From positions 1 through 43,233 of the IMG/VR virus record IMGVR_UViG_3300021379_001283: a DNA stretch of 43,233 bases; one strand, written 5' to 3'. Position 1 is the first letter of the stretch. Each line of letters opens with the position of its first letter. Origin of the DNA: a virus (lineage: Duplodnaviria; Caudoviricetes). Under the pieces are notes generated by a model. The model saw only the letters and a program-made list of their open reading frames with translations, ran no database searches and had not been told where the DNA came from. A program made the translations under genes and the position numbers. This document shows, one piece after another, positions 34,189-42,906 of the stretch.

Positions 34189-36728
34189 GGTATAAAAATC
34201 CATTCCCTGTTGGAGTTAAACTTCCAGAGATTAGTGTTGCAGAAAAAACACTAAACGAAATTGGTCTAAACTCTGATAGTAGCAGTCTTGAAATTCTGAA
34301 ACAACTTTGTCGCAAGGGTTTGAGGGATAGAGGTATTATCAATCAAGATAATAGAAAAGATTATTATGACCGTGTCCAGATGGAGATCGACATCCTAGAC
34401 GACCTAGGCTTTGTTGATTACATTCTCCTTAACTGGGACATTATGGATTTTTGTAAGAATAATGGCATTCCAACTGGCGCTGGTAGAGGTAGTGCAGCTG
34501 GCAGTTTAGTTTTATACCTCTTAAGTGTAACCAATATAGACCCAATTAAATATGAATTGTTTTTTGAAAGATTTGTCTCTAAGAGCAGAGCAAGGAAAAT
34601 TGAACATGCGGGAGAAATTTTTCTTGATGGTTCTCTACTTGCCGATATTGATAACGATATTTCTTATGATCGGAGGGCTGAAGTTATTAACTATATTGAG
34701 CAAAAGTTTGAAGGCAAAACCTCCAAAATCCTAACTCTCAATACGCTCAGTTCTAAACTATGTATGAAAGAGTGCGGGAAGATTGTTGACGAACTTTCAG
34801 AAATGGAAGTAAATCAAATCAGCGACACAATCCCCAAACACTTTGGTAAAGTAGCAAAGCTTGATGCGGCTTATGAAGAAAGCGAATCTTTTAAAAAGTT
34901 TGCTGATAAATATAAAAAATCATTCAAAATAGCTCACAAACTTGAAGGTTTAATTAAAAATACTGGTGTTCATCCGTCTGGTATTTCTATTTCTTATTAT
35001 AAACAAGAGGACATCATGCCCCTACAAAAGACAAATGATGGGTCTTTAGTTTCTGGTTATGATATGGATGATGTCGCAAGCTTGAGTGTTAAGTTTGATA
35101 TTCTAGGACTAAGAACTCTTTCTGTTGTCCATGATACTTGTAGGCAGCTAGGTATAGATGTATCCTCTATAGACCCTGCTGATGAGACCATTTATGCAGC
35201 TTTATCTTGTTTGCAACAGCCGAAGGGTCTTTTCCAGATTGAAGCCGACACAAACTTTAAAGTATGTAAACAAATTGCGCCACAAAATCTAGAACAACTT
35301 TCTGCCGTTGTTGCTATTGCTCGTCCTGGAGCTTTAGACTTTAAGGATAGCTATGCTGATTACGTTAGGACTGGAGAGTTCCAGTCTGTTCATGAGTTCT
35401 TTGATGATATACTTAGCTATACAGGCGGCATTCCACTCTATCAAGAGCAGCTTATGAAGATGGCTGTAAAGGTTGGATTTAGTCTTGATGAATCTGAGCA
35501 GCTTCGAAGGATTGTTGGTAAAAAGAAAGTAGACCAAATGCCAGCATGGAAGGCAAAGATTGAAGAGAAGATCAAAGAGAATGATTTAGATCCAGCTATA
35601 GGCGAGGTTCTTTGGAAGGTGGCAGAGGATTCTGCTAACTACTCATTCAACAAGTCACATAGTATATCTTATGCTTACTTAGCAGCCATTACTGTTTGGC
35701 TTAAGTTCAATCATCCACAAGAGTTCTTTTTGAGCCTCCTTAAGATGTCTAGGTTTGAGCCTAATGCCCATGAGGAAATTGCTAAAATTTCACAAGAGCT
35801 TTCATTCTTTGATATTAAATTGCTGCCACCAGATCTCAACCTTTCTGATTTCGATTTTAAAATCGAGGGCAAGAACATTAGATATGGTCTTAACTCAATT
35901 AAAGGTGTGTCTGAAAAAGTTATAGAGTCTCTTATTGATTTTAGAGAGAGCAAGTTTGATAACAAGTATGATGTATTTATTGCTGCAAAGGATTGTGGAG
36001 TTAACATTGGGACAATGTCAGCTTTTATTCAAGCTGGTCTTCTTGATTCTTTTGTTACCTCTGATCGTTGTAGATTAGTTCTAGAAGCTCAGACCTTTAA
36101 CATCCTTACAGACAGAGAGAAAAGAAATGTCGTTGAACTTGGAGAGAAATTCAATTACGACATCTTGAATACAATTCATTCTTGTAGAAGCGAAAATACC
36201 CCAGCTGATGATGGTAGGGTATTATTCCCAGACAAAAGGTTCAATACATTTAAGAAGAAGTATGAACCATACAAGAGTATATACGAGCAAAACTCTAGCC
36301 ATATAAAGTTTGCCAACTGGCATTTTGAAACCCAGCTTCTTGGTTATAGCTACTCTTATAACATTAGACAGATATTTACTGGTTCAGACGAACCTTCCTT
36401 TAATACATCTGAAGAGATCAGAAATTCTCCAGAGAGAAGGCGTGTTAAGTTTGTTGGAGATATAACAGACATTGTTAAAAGAACAAGCAGAAACGGTAAT
36501 AAGTATGCTAGACTTGAAATGCAGGATGAGGTTGGCTCTGTTTGTGGTTTATTTCTTGATTCTGACAGAGAAGAAAGGTTGACTGACTACCTAAACTCTG
36601 GTAAAAAGTTACCTAAGAAGGGTAATATTGCCATAATCGTTGGCAATGTTGGCGAAGATATAGTATTTGTTGATAAAATAGAGACTATAGAAGAAAAAAT
36701 TTATATGAAACTATCCGAACTAAAATGA
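34185..36728 (+). CDS. dnaE: DNA polymerase III alpha catalytic core (lacks PHP domain)
   Basis: GRGSAAGSLV, FERF, DIDND, HPSG, KFDILGL, YQEQ, YSFNKSH, GLNSIKG and a C-terminal OB fold. Confidence 0.93.
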   Translation: MRYKNPFPVGVKLPEISVAEKTLNEIGLNSDSSSLEILKQLCRKGLRDRGIINQDNRKDYYDRVQMEIDILDDLGFVDYILLNWDIMDFCKNNGIPTGAGRGSAAGSLVLYLLSVTNIDPIKYELFFERFVSKSRARKIEHAGEIFLDGSLLADIDNDISYDRRAEVINYIEQKFEGKTSKILTLNTLSSKLCMKECGKIVDELSEMEVNQISDTIPKHFGKVAKLDAAYEESESFKKFADKYKKSFKIAHKLEGLIKNTGVHPSGISISYYKQEDIMPLQKTNDGSLVSGYDMDDVASLSVKFDILGLRTLSVVHDTCRQLGIDVSSIDPADETIYAALSCLQQPKGLFQIEADTNFKVCKQIAPQNLEQLSAVVAIARPGALDFKDSYADYVRTGEFQSVHEFFDDILSYTGGIPLYQEQLMKMAVKVGFSLDESEQLRRIVGKKKVDQMPAWKAKIEEKIKENDLDPAIGEVLWKVAEDSANYSFNKSHSISYAYLAAITVWLKFNHPQEFFLSLLKMSRFEPNAHEEIAKISQELSFFDIKLLPPDLNLSDFDFKIEGKNIRYGLNSIKGVSEKVIESLIDFRESKFDNKYDVFIAAKDCGVNIGTMSAFIQAGLLDSFVTSDRCRLVLEAQTFNILTDREKRNVVELGEKFNYDILNTIHSCRSENTPADDGRVLFPDKRFNTFKKKYEPYKSIYEQNSSHIKFANWHFETQLLGYSYSYNIRQIFTGSDEPSFNTSEEIRNSPERRRVKFVGDITDIVKRTSRNGNKYARLEMQDEVGSVCGLFLDSDREERLTDYLNSGKKLPKKGNIAIIVGNVGEDIVFVDKIETIEEKIYMKLSELK

Positions 36729-39181
36729 GTGTATATAATGATGTGATATTTAAGGATTTTAATCTTACTCCTAGAGCGAAACAAGCATATAAAGATGCTT
36801 ATGATATAGCTAAGGAGCTTGACCACAAAAATATTAACAATTTGCACGTTTTATATGGGTGCATAAAAAATAGCTCTTCTCATTTAAGGTCTTTTCTTTT
36901 GAGTAGTGGGGTCATCTTAAAAGATGAGGACATGATTGATGTTATTTTAAAAGCAAAAGAAGAAAACGGCGACAAGTTTTTTGCTAATGACAATTCAGAT
37001 CTTTGGCATCAGGAAGTTACTGAGGCAATTAAAGCTGCGAATGATGTATCTAATGATTTAAATCAATATTACGTGGGTATTGAGCATGTTATTCTTGGGA
37101 TAATTAATACATCTGCTTATGTCTTTAAGAGCATAGATGATTTTATTATAAATTTTAAATCCTTTAAGAGCAAGTTAAATGATTTTCTTGTAGAGGATAT
37201 GGAAAATCCTGACTCCCTTGAACACAGCTTCGAAGATCTTATAGAAAATTTTTCTGATATAGATTTATCCAACGAAGAGGGTCAGAGTATTCTCGCAGAA
37301 GAATCCAATATGCCAGACTTCATTACCAATTTAAGTCAATTATATGTAGATGGCAAACTACCCGATATCTACGGAAGAGAAAAAGAAATAAACCTACTAA
37401 TAGAAACAATATCTAAAAAAAATAAATGCAACGCTATACTAACTGGAGAGGCTGGGGTTGGAAAAACCGCAATCGTAGAATTCCTAGCAAGAAAGATCTG
37501 CCAAGCAGACGTACCAACAAATCTTTTAGGAATGGAAATTCTAAGTGTCGATCTAGGTACAATGCTTGCTGGAACCCAATACAGGGGACAGTTTGAGCAG
37601 AAATTAAAATCTCTTCTTGATGTAGCTAAGAGAAACCCCCACATCATTTTATTCTTTGACGAAGTTCATACAATCTTTGGTGCTGGGGGCAACCAAGAAG
37701 GCGGAGTTGACGCAGCTAACATGCTAAAGCCATTGCTTGCAAGAGGTGAAATTAAATGTATTGGTTCTACAACAAACGCCGAATACGAAAAGATATTTAA
37801 AAAAGACAGCGCAATGAAAAGAAGGTTCTTCAACATTGAGGTTGATGAACCATCAAAAGAGGAAACCAAAAAAATTCTCTACAACTGCAAATCAAAATAC
37901 GAAGAGTTTCATCATGTTAAGTTTTCAAAACCCATTATAGACTCTATAGTAGATCTATCTGATTCTTTGATTAGCCATAAAAAATTTCCAGATAAAGCTT
38001 TTGATATCATAGATCAAGTTGGAGCTAGAGTAAAAATAAAAAACCTCAAGCCTTGTGGTAATATTTTAAAAAGCCACGATGACCTTGTGGATATAATTTC
38101 TAAGGGCGGTGATGTTGAGGTTGAAGATATAAAAGATAAGTTTAATAAATTTGTCGAGGAGTTAAAGACTGTCAACGATGAATGCATGGCTAATCCAGTG
38201 AATATTAAAAAGCAAGATATTCTTGAGGTTATTTCAGAACACGGCAAAGTATCTATAGAGCAAATCAAAAACAGCAGACAAGGTTTCTCCTCTTTTCTAC
38301 CAAGAATGTTAAGTGAGGTTTTTGGTCAGGATCAGGTTCTTAAGAAGATTAATGATTTACTTTCTTGTGCTAAAGCTGGATTGACAGACGAAGATAAGCC
38401 TTTAGCTAGTATGTTTTTTGTTGGCCCTACAAGCGTAGGTAAAACCTATACCGCAAAAAAGATAGCCAAGAACTTCTTTGGTAATGAAAAAGCAATGCTT
38501 CAGATTAACATGAGTGAACTTTATGATAAGACTGGCATGAGCAAGCTTATTGGTGCTAACTCTGGCTACGTTGGTTATGAAGAAGGAGGTTTACTGACTA
38601 AGTTTGTAAGAGACAACCCTAATTGTGTGGTTCTTTTTGACGAGGTTGAAAAGGCTGATCCCCAGGTTTTGAATTTATTGCTTCACCTTCTTGATGAAGG
38701 TTACATAGAAGACAACAGGCACGAGAAAGTCGACTTTTCTAAAGCTGTGGTTATATTAACCAGCAATATAGGTCACGCAGAAGCCAATAAAAAGAGCATG
38801 GGTTTTGTTCAATCAGAATCCGCCAGATCAGATTCTTATAATGAATCAGTAAAGAAAAAACTAAAGCCAGAATTGCTTGCTAGAATTAATGAAGTAATGG
38901 TCTTTGATGATCTTTCTGATTCAGACTTAAAGCGGATCATATCTTTTGAATTAGATAAGATTAAAGAGAAGCTCGACAAGAAAGGTATTAATATTAAGTT
39001 TAATAAGTCTTCTATTGATTGTGTTTTTGATAGGATTAAGCAGTCAGGCTTACATGCGCGTGACATCAAGAACTATATCAGAGAAAAAATACAAGTTCCT
39101 GTCGCTAAAATCGTAGTCAAAAACTCAAAAACTTCAGAAATTAGCATAAAAAGTGTTGACAACAGGATTAAGGTTTGTTAA
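36725..39181 (+). CDS. clpC: ClpA/ClpC-family AAA+ unfoldase
   Basis: Clp-N repeats, GEAGVGKT, FFDEVH, GPTSVGKT, GYVGYEEGG, FDEVEKA, and a SMGF loop. Confidence 0.9.
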   Translation: MSVYNDVIFKDFNLTPRAKQAYKDAYDIAKELDHKNINNLHVLYGCIKNSSSHLRSFLLSSGVILKDEDMIDVILKAKEENGDKFFANDNSDLWHQEVTEAIKAANDVSNDLNQYYVGIEHVILGIINTSAYVFKSIDDFIINFKSFKSKLNDFLVEDMENPDSLEHSFEDLIENFSDIDLSNEEGQSILAEESNMPDFITNLSQLYVDGKLPDIYGREKEINLLIETISKKNKCNAILTGEAGVGKTAIVEFLARKICQADVPTNLLGMEILSVDLGTMLAGTQYRGQFEQKLKSLLDVAKRNPHIILFFDEVHTIFGAGGNQEGGVDAANMLKPLLARGEIKCIGSTTNAEYEKIFKKDSAMKRRFFNIEVDEPSKEETKKILYNCKSKYEEFHHVKFSKPIIDSIVDLSDSLISHKKFPDKAFDIIDQVGARVKIKNLKPCGNILKSHDDLVDIISKGGDVEVEDIKDKFNKFVEELKTVNDECMANPVNIKKQDILEVISEHGKVSIEQIKNSRQGFSSFLPRMLSEVFGQDQVLKKINDLLSCAKAGLTDEDKPLASMFFVGPTSVGKTYTAKKIAKNFFGNEKAMLQINMSELYDKTGMSKLIGANSGYVGYEEGGLLTKFVRDNPNCVVLFDEVEKADPQVLNLLLHLLDEGYIEDNRHEKVDFSKAVVILTSNIGHAEANKKSMGFVQSESARSDSYNESVKKKLKPELLARINEVMVFDDLSDSDLKRIISFELDKIKEKLDKKGINIKFNKSSIDCVFDRIKQSGLHARDIKNYIREKIQVPVAKIVVKNSKTSEISIKSVDNRIKVC

Positions 39182-39184
39182 CAT
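39156..39184 (+). promoter_or_regulatory. Sigma70-type promoter
   Basis: TTGACA-N17-TAACAT, ending 6 nt before the ATG at 39191. Confidence 0.65.
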
Positions 39185-39190
39185 ACATGT

Positions 39191-39415
39191 ATGGACAATA
39201 CAAAACAAAACAAAATTATGAGGGCAATCCGTTCTAGCAAAGGTCGTTTCTTCGGTCTTTATACTAAAGCTGGAGAGTCTATCAATGCTCAGTTCGTTTC
39301 CGAATCGCCATCATACGTGACGGTTTTCGATAGGAATAATGGGGTAAACAGGAAGTTTGCTAAGACAAGTCTTTCTGCTCTTCGTTTGAAGAATCAGCGA
39401 ATCGGCGCTGTTTAA
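39191..39415 (+). CDS. Small basic hypothetical protein
   Basis: 74 aa ORF behind a good promoter. Confidence 0.7.
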   Translation: MDNTKQNKIMRAIRSSKGRFFGLYTKAGESINAQFVSESPSYVTVFDRNNGVNRKFAKTSLSALRLKNQRIGAV

Positions 39416-39432
39416 TTATTACAGCAGTATAT

Positions 39433-39501
39433 AACGTAAGCCCTGTTTAGAAAACATTCATGAACCCATATCGTTTATTTTCTGACAGGGCTTACGTTTT
39501 T
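39433..39501 (+). promoter_or_regulatory. Long inverted repeat (terminator/attenuator-like) enclosing the kinase start codon
   Basis: AACGTAAGCCCTGT(TT)AGAAAA pairs with TTTTCT(G)ACAGGGCTTACGTT, and a short T-run follows. Confidence 0.7.
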
Positions 39502-40539
39502 GATTCCAATAAAAAAATCAAAAAGAATACTGTTGCTTATGACATAGTAACTCATATTATTGATGAATCTAAAATTGATTTAGATGTTGAAGATATTTAC
39601 TTTATTGGAGGCAATCAAGATTACGATGAGTATAAAATTTCAGACAAGGATTTTTTATATACATTAAAACTTTCCCTAGATGAGGATTGCGAAATATTAA
39701 AAAACGAAATAACCTTTCTAGAGAGTAATAAAAATTTTCCACTATGCCCAATTTACCTCGACTCTGGCAAGGTTAGAATCGGTGATAATATACTATTCTT
39801 AATATCAACTTTTGAGGACGGTTTTGACATTAGAGATATTGGCATTCTCTCTCCAATAGAGAATTGGGATTCTTTCTTTTATACGTTACACCATTTCAGT
39901 AACCTAAAAACAGAAAGGTCTATAGATCAGTATGTTGATCTTGTTTTTAATAGAAACCTTCCACAAAATTGGTCTGACTTTCTAAAAATAAAAATTTCCA
40001 ACACCCATGATATAGATATACTATCTGATATGTTTTCGGTTATACAAGGAGAGCTAAACAACAACTTCGACAAAACTATTTTATTAAAAGATAAAACATG
40101 TCATGGTGATCTGACATTAAAAAATGTCATTTTTAGAGACGAATACTATAAATTCAAAAATATAGGATTTAATTTTATAGGTAATCCCATTATAGATGTA
40201 TGTATGTTTTCATTAAGTTCTGGTTATTCAATCGACGACTCCACTTTATTTTTCAAAAAATACTGCGACTACAACGAGATAGATTTTCTATCTAGCAAAG
40301 ATGAATTTGATTACTGCATGAAGTTTTCCGTTTGTTTGTTTTTAGGTAGAATATTTTTTGACTTTTTGGTGGAACAATGCGTGTTCTCGGGCGAAAGACC
40401 TGAAAAACTAGCGGAATTTGCTACTGATTTCTCTAAGTTTTCTCACTTTCTAAAAAAATATAAAAACCTCTCCGAAGTTGGGACGGTTGTTGGTCGTGTA
40501 ATCACATCTCCAATACTTGGATACTCTAAACAATCATAA
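39460..40539 (+). CDS. APH/choline kinase-like phosphotransferase fold protein
   Basis: TLKL (Lys), LKNE (Glu), CHGDLTLKNV (Brenner motif), GNPIID. The Mg-binding Asp position reads N. Confidence 0.7.
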   Translation: MNPYRLFSDRAYVFDSNKKIKKNTVAYDIVTHIIDESKIDLDVEDIYFIGGNQDYDEYKISDKDFLYTLKLSLDEDCEILKNEITFLESNKNFPLCPIYLDSGKVRIGDNILFLISTFEDGFDIRDIGILSPIENWDSFFYTLHHFSNLKTERSIDQYVDLVFNRNLPQNWSDFLKIKISNTHDIDILSDMFSVIQGELNNNFDKTILLKDKTCHGDLTLKNVIFRDEYYKFKNIGFNFIGNPIIDVCMFSLSSGYSIDDSTLFFKKYCDYNEIDFLSSKDEFDYCMKFSVCLFLGRIFFDFLVEQCVFSGERPEKLAEFATDFSKFSHFLKKYKNLSEVGTVVGRVITSPILGYSKQS

Positions 40540-40546
40540 AGATTTA

Positions 40547-40575
40547 TTGGAAATAATCAGCTTTTGTCGTATTAT
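40547..40575 (+). promoter_or_regulatory. Sigma70-type promoter
   Basis: TTGGAA-N17-TATTAT, ending 8 nt before the ATG at 40584. Confidence 0.45.
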
Positions 40576-40583
40576 ATTCCGAC

Positions 40584-41051
40584 ATGATTAATTTTTATAA
40601 ACCTAATTCCAAAAACACTGGACACGCCTTTGGTTTTCGACTTGGTGTCCAAGGAAAAACCAATGAACCTTGCCTTTACATGACGGCAGTTCAGCAATAT
40701 TCTTGGGATTCAAAGAAAAAAAGCGGCTCATTTTCTGGCAACTCAAAAGACCCAGAGAAATCAGCTTCGATTAAGTTTAACGAATCAGAGCTTGGCGGTT
40801 TCATTTATGCTATAGAAAATTATGAGAAATTCAATGCCTTTCACAGCTTTGACGACAACAAAACCTCAATTTCTCTAGCTCCATACACAAAGAAAGACGG
40901 TACAAAAGCGTTTTCTTTTTCTGTTACAAGAAACTCAGCTAATAAATTTGGTATTGGATTGGAGATGTCTGAAGCTTATTTGTTGGCTGAGTATTTTAAA
41001 TATGTTATCAAGGAAATTTTTGATTTCAGAACTCACTCTCTTAAAAAATGA
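40584..41051 (+). CDS. Putative Whirly/PC4-like ssDNA-binding protein
   Basis: Duplicated beta-beta-beta-beta-alpha pattern, with FYK, QYSW, KFNESELG, FH, FSFSV and LEMSEAYLL in the same order as the plant Whirly motifs. Confidence 0.5.
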   Translation: MINFYKPNSKNTGHAFGFRLGVQGKTNEPCLYMTAVQQYSWDSKKKSGSFSGNSKDPEKSASIKFNESELGGFIYAIENYEKFNAFHSFDDNKTSISLAPYTKKDGTKAFSFSVTRNSANKFGIGLEMSEAYLLAEYFKYVIKEIFDFRTHSLKK

Positions 41052-42904
41052 GAAAAAAAACAGTACTGATTCATTCTAATTTCTGCAAAGCTTTTACTGG
41101 TTTCGGTAAAAATAGCAGGAACATTTTAAAGTATTTATATAAAACAGGAAAGTATAATATTGTCGAAGCCGCCAACATGAGAATGAATGGGGACAAAGAG
41201 CTTGAGCTTTTGCCCTGGAAGAGTTATGGAGCAATCCCCAACAATTACTCAACGCTTTCTGCCGAAGACAAAAGAAAAGCTGGCTATGGTTTTTACAAGA
41301 TAGATGAGATTGTAGAAGAAACAAGACCCGATGTTTATATCGGGGTAGAGGATATCTGGGCTTTTACTGATTACCATAGGAAACCTTGGTGGAATAAGGT
41401 TAGCTGCATGATATGGACAACACTTGATAGTTTGCCGATACTTCCTCAAGCTGTTCAGTATGCGCCTAAGATTAAAAATTATTATGTTTGGGCTAGTTTT
41501 GCTGAGAAGGCTTTTCAGGAAATGGGATACGATCATGTTAAAACATTGCGCGGATCTTTAGATACAGAAACCTTCAAAAGACATTCTGATGAACATAGAT
41601 CTGAATTAAGAAAGTTTCATGGTATTAGCGAGGATGATTTCATTGTTGGTTTTGTGTTTAGGAATCAATTAAGAAAATCAGTGCCTAATTTACTTGACGG
41701 GTTCAAGATTTTTAAAGAGGAAAATCCAAATGCTAGACTACTTCTTCATACTCATTGGGGGGAAGGTTGGGATATCAACAGACTTCTTGATGAGAAAAAA
41801 ATTAACAGAAACGACATTTTAACAACATACTTCTGTTCTTCTTGTAATTCTTATCACGTAAAAACCTTCACTGGAGAAAACCAAGTTTGTCGAGAGTGCG
41901 GGGAACAGACTTTGAACACAACCAATGTTTCACAAGGCTGTTCTGAGGAACAGTTAAATGACGTTTATAATCTTATGGATGTTTACTGTCATCCTTTTAC
42001 AAGCGGCGGTCAGGAGATTCCAGTGCAAGAAGCAAAACTTACCGAACTAATTACTCTGGTTACAAATTATTCTTGTGGTGAAGATAGTTGTTCTGAAGAA
42101 AGCGGCGGCTTGTCACTTGATTGGAGCGAATATCGTGAGCCAGGAACTCAATTTATTAAAGCCTCAACCAACCCCAAAAGCATAGCAGAAAATCTTCAAA
42201 AAGTATACGACATGTCCGAAGATGATAGGTCTGCCCAAGGTAAAAAATCAAGACAATGGGTTATCGATAATTTCTCCGTTGAGGTTATAGGTAAAAAGCT
42301 TGAGGATATCATTGACTCAATGCCATATCTTGATGACGATGTTGACATTAAAAATTTTGTGTTTAATGAGTTTTATGAAATGCCGCAAGGATTATCTAAT
42401 CATGATTTTGTAATCGATATTTATAAAAACATTTTACATGAAGATGTTGACCACAATACAGAGGGTTATCAAAAGTGGCATTTAGATTTGGAAACCAACA
42501 GAGTAAATCAAGAGCAGTTGTACCATCACTTTATAGAGGTAGCAAGAACTCAAAATCTTAAAAAACCAGTAGCTTTTGAGGATATGCTTTCAAAAAACGA
42601 CAAGGGCAAAAGGGTTGCTGTCATTATTCCTCAATCAGGAACTGATTTGATTTTCATTAATTCATTAATGAAGAATCTACAAAAGAAACACAAGGGTCAT
42701 AACATCTACATATTCACCAAACCAGAATACTTTGAGTATATAGAAGATAACCCTAATGTTTACAAATGTTTGCCTTACTCAGAGGCTATAGATAATCCAA
42801 TCTCAATGGAAGGTTTTGGAGAACACGAAGGGTTTTTCGAGGCGGCTTACTACCCCGCAACAACCACGCAAAAAATTCCATGCTATATACATAACGGAAA
42901 TTAA
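41048..42904 (+). CDS. GT4-like glycosyltransferase with zinc-ribbon insertion, DUF4214-like segment and C-terminal GT9 N-half
   Basis: TGFG, RNQLRK, CSSC...CREC, SGGQEIPVQEA, then NHDFVIDIYKNIL...EGYQKW, then RVAVIIPQSGTDL...NPNV. Confidence 0.8.
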   Translation: MRKKTVLIHSNFCKAFTGFGKNSRNILKYLYKTGKYNIVEAANMRMNGDKELELLPWKSYGAIPNNYSTLSAEDKRKAGYGFYKIDEIVEETRPDVYIGVEDIWAFTDYHRKPWWNKVSCMIWTTLDSLPILPQAVQYAPKIKNYYVWASFAEKAFQEMGYDHVKTLRGSLDTETFKRHSDEHRSELRKFHGISEDDFIVGFVFRNQLRKSVPNLLDGFKIFKEENPNARLLLHTHWGEGWDINRLLDEKKINRNDILTTYFCSSCNSYHVKTFTGENQVCRECGEQTLNTTNVSQGCSEEQLNDVYNLMDVYCHPFTSGGQEIPVQEAKLTELITLVTNYSCGEDSCSEESGGLSLDWSEYREPGTQFIKASTNPKSIAENLQKVYDMSEDDRSAQGKKSRQWVIDNFSVEVIGKKLEDIIDSMPYLDDDVDIKNFVFNEFYEMPQGLSNHDFVIDIYKNILHEDVDHNTEGYQKWHLDLETNRVNQEQLYHHFIEVARTQNLKKPVAFEDMLSKNDKGKRVAVIIPQSGTDLIFINSLMKNLQKKHKGHNIYIFTKPEYFEYIEDNPNVYKCLPYSEAIDNPISMEGFGEHEGFFEAAYYPATTTQKIPCYIHNGN

Positions 42905-42906
42905 AA

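Noticed and set aside
32849-36728. Split intein joining the polymerase parts, as in cyanobacterial DnaE
   Set aside because: No intein N-terminal block or HN-C/S/T junction is visible, and the split falls at the PHP/core boundary.
558-41536. Short antisense or alternate-frame ORFs in the track (e.g. 1055-1609, 9456-9791, 16183-16701, 33706-34023)
   Set aside because: They lie inside well-supported genes, have no recognisable motifs and look like shadow ORFs.
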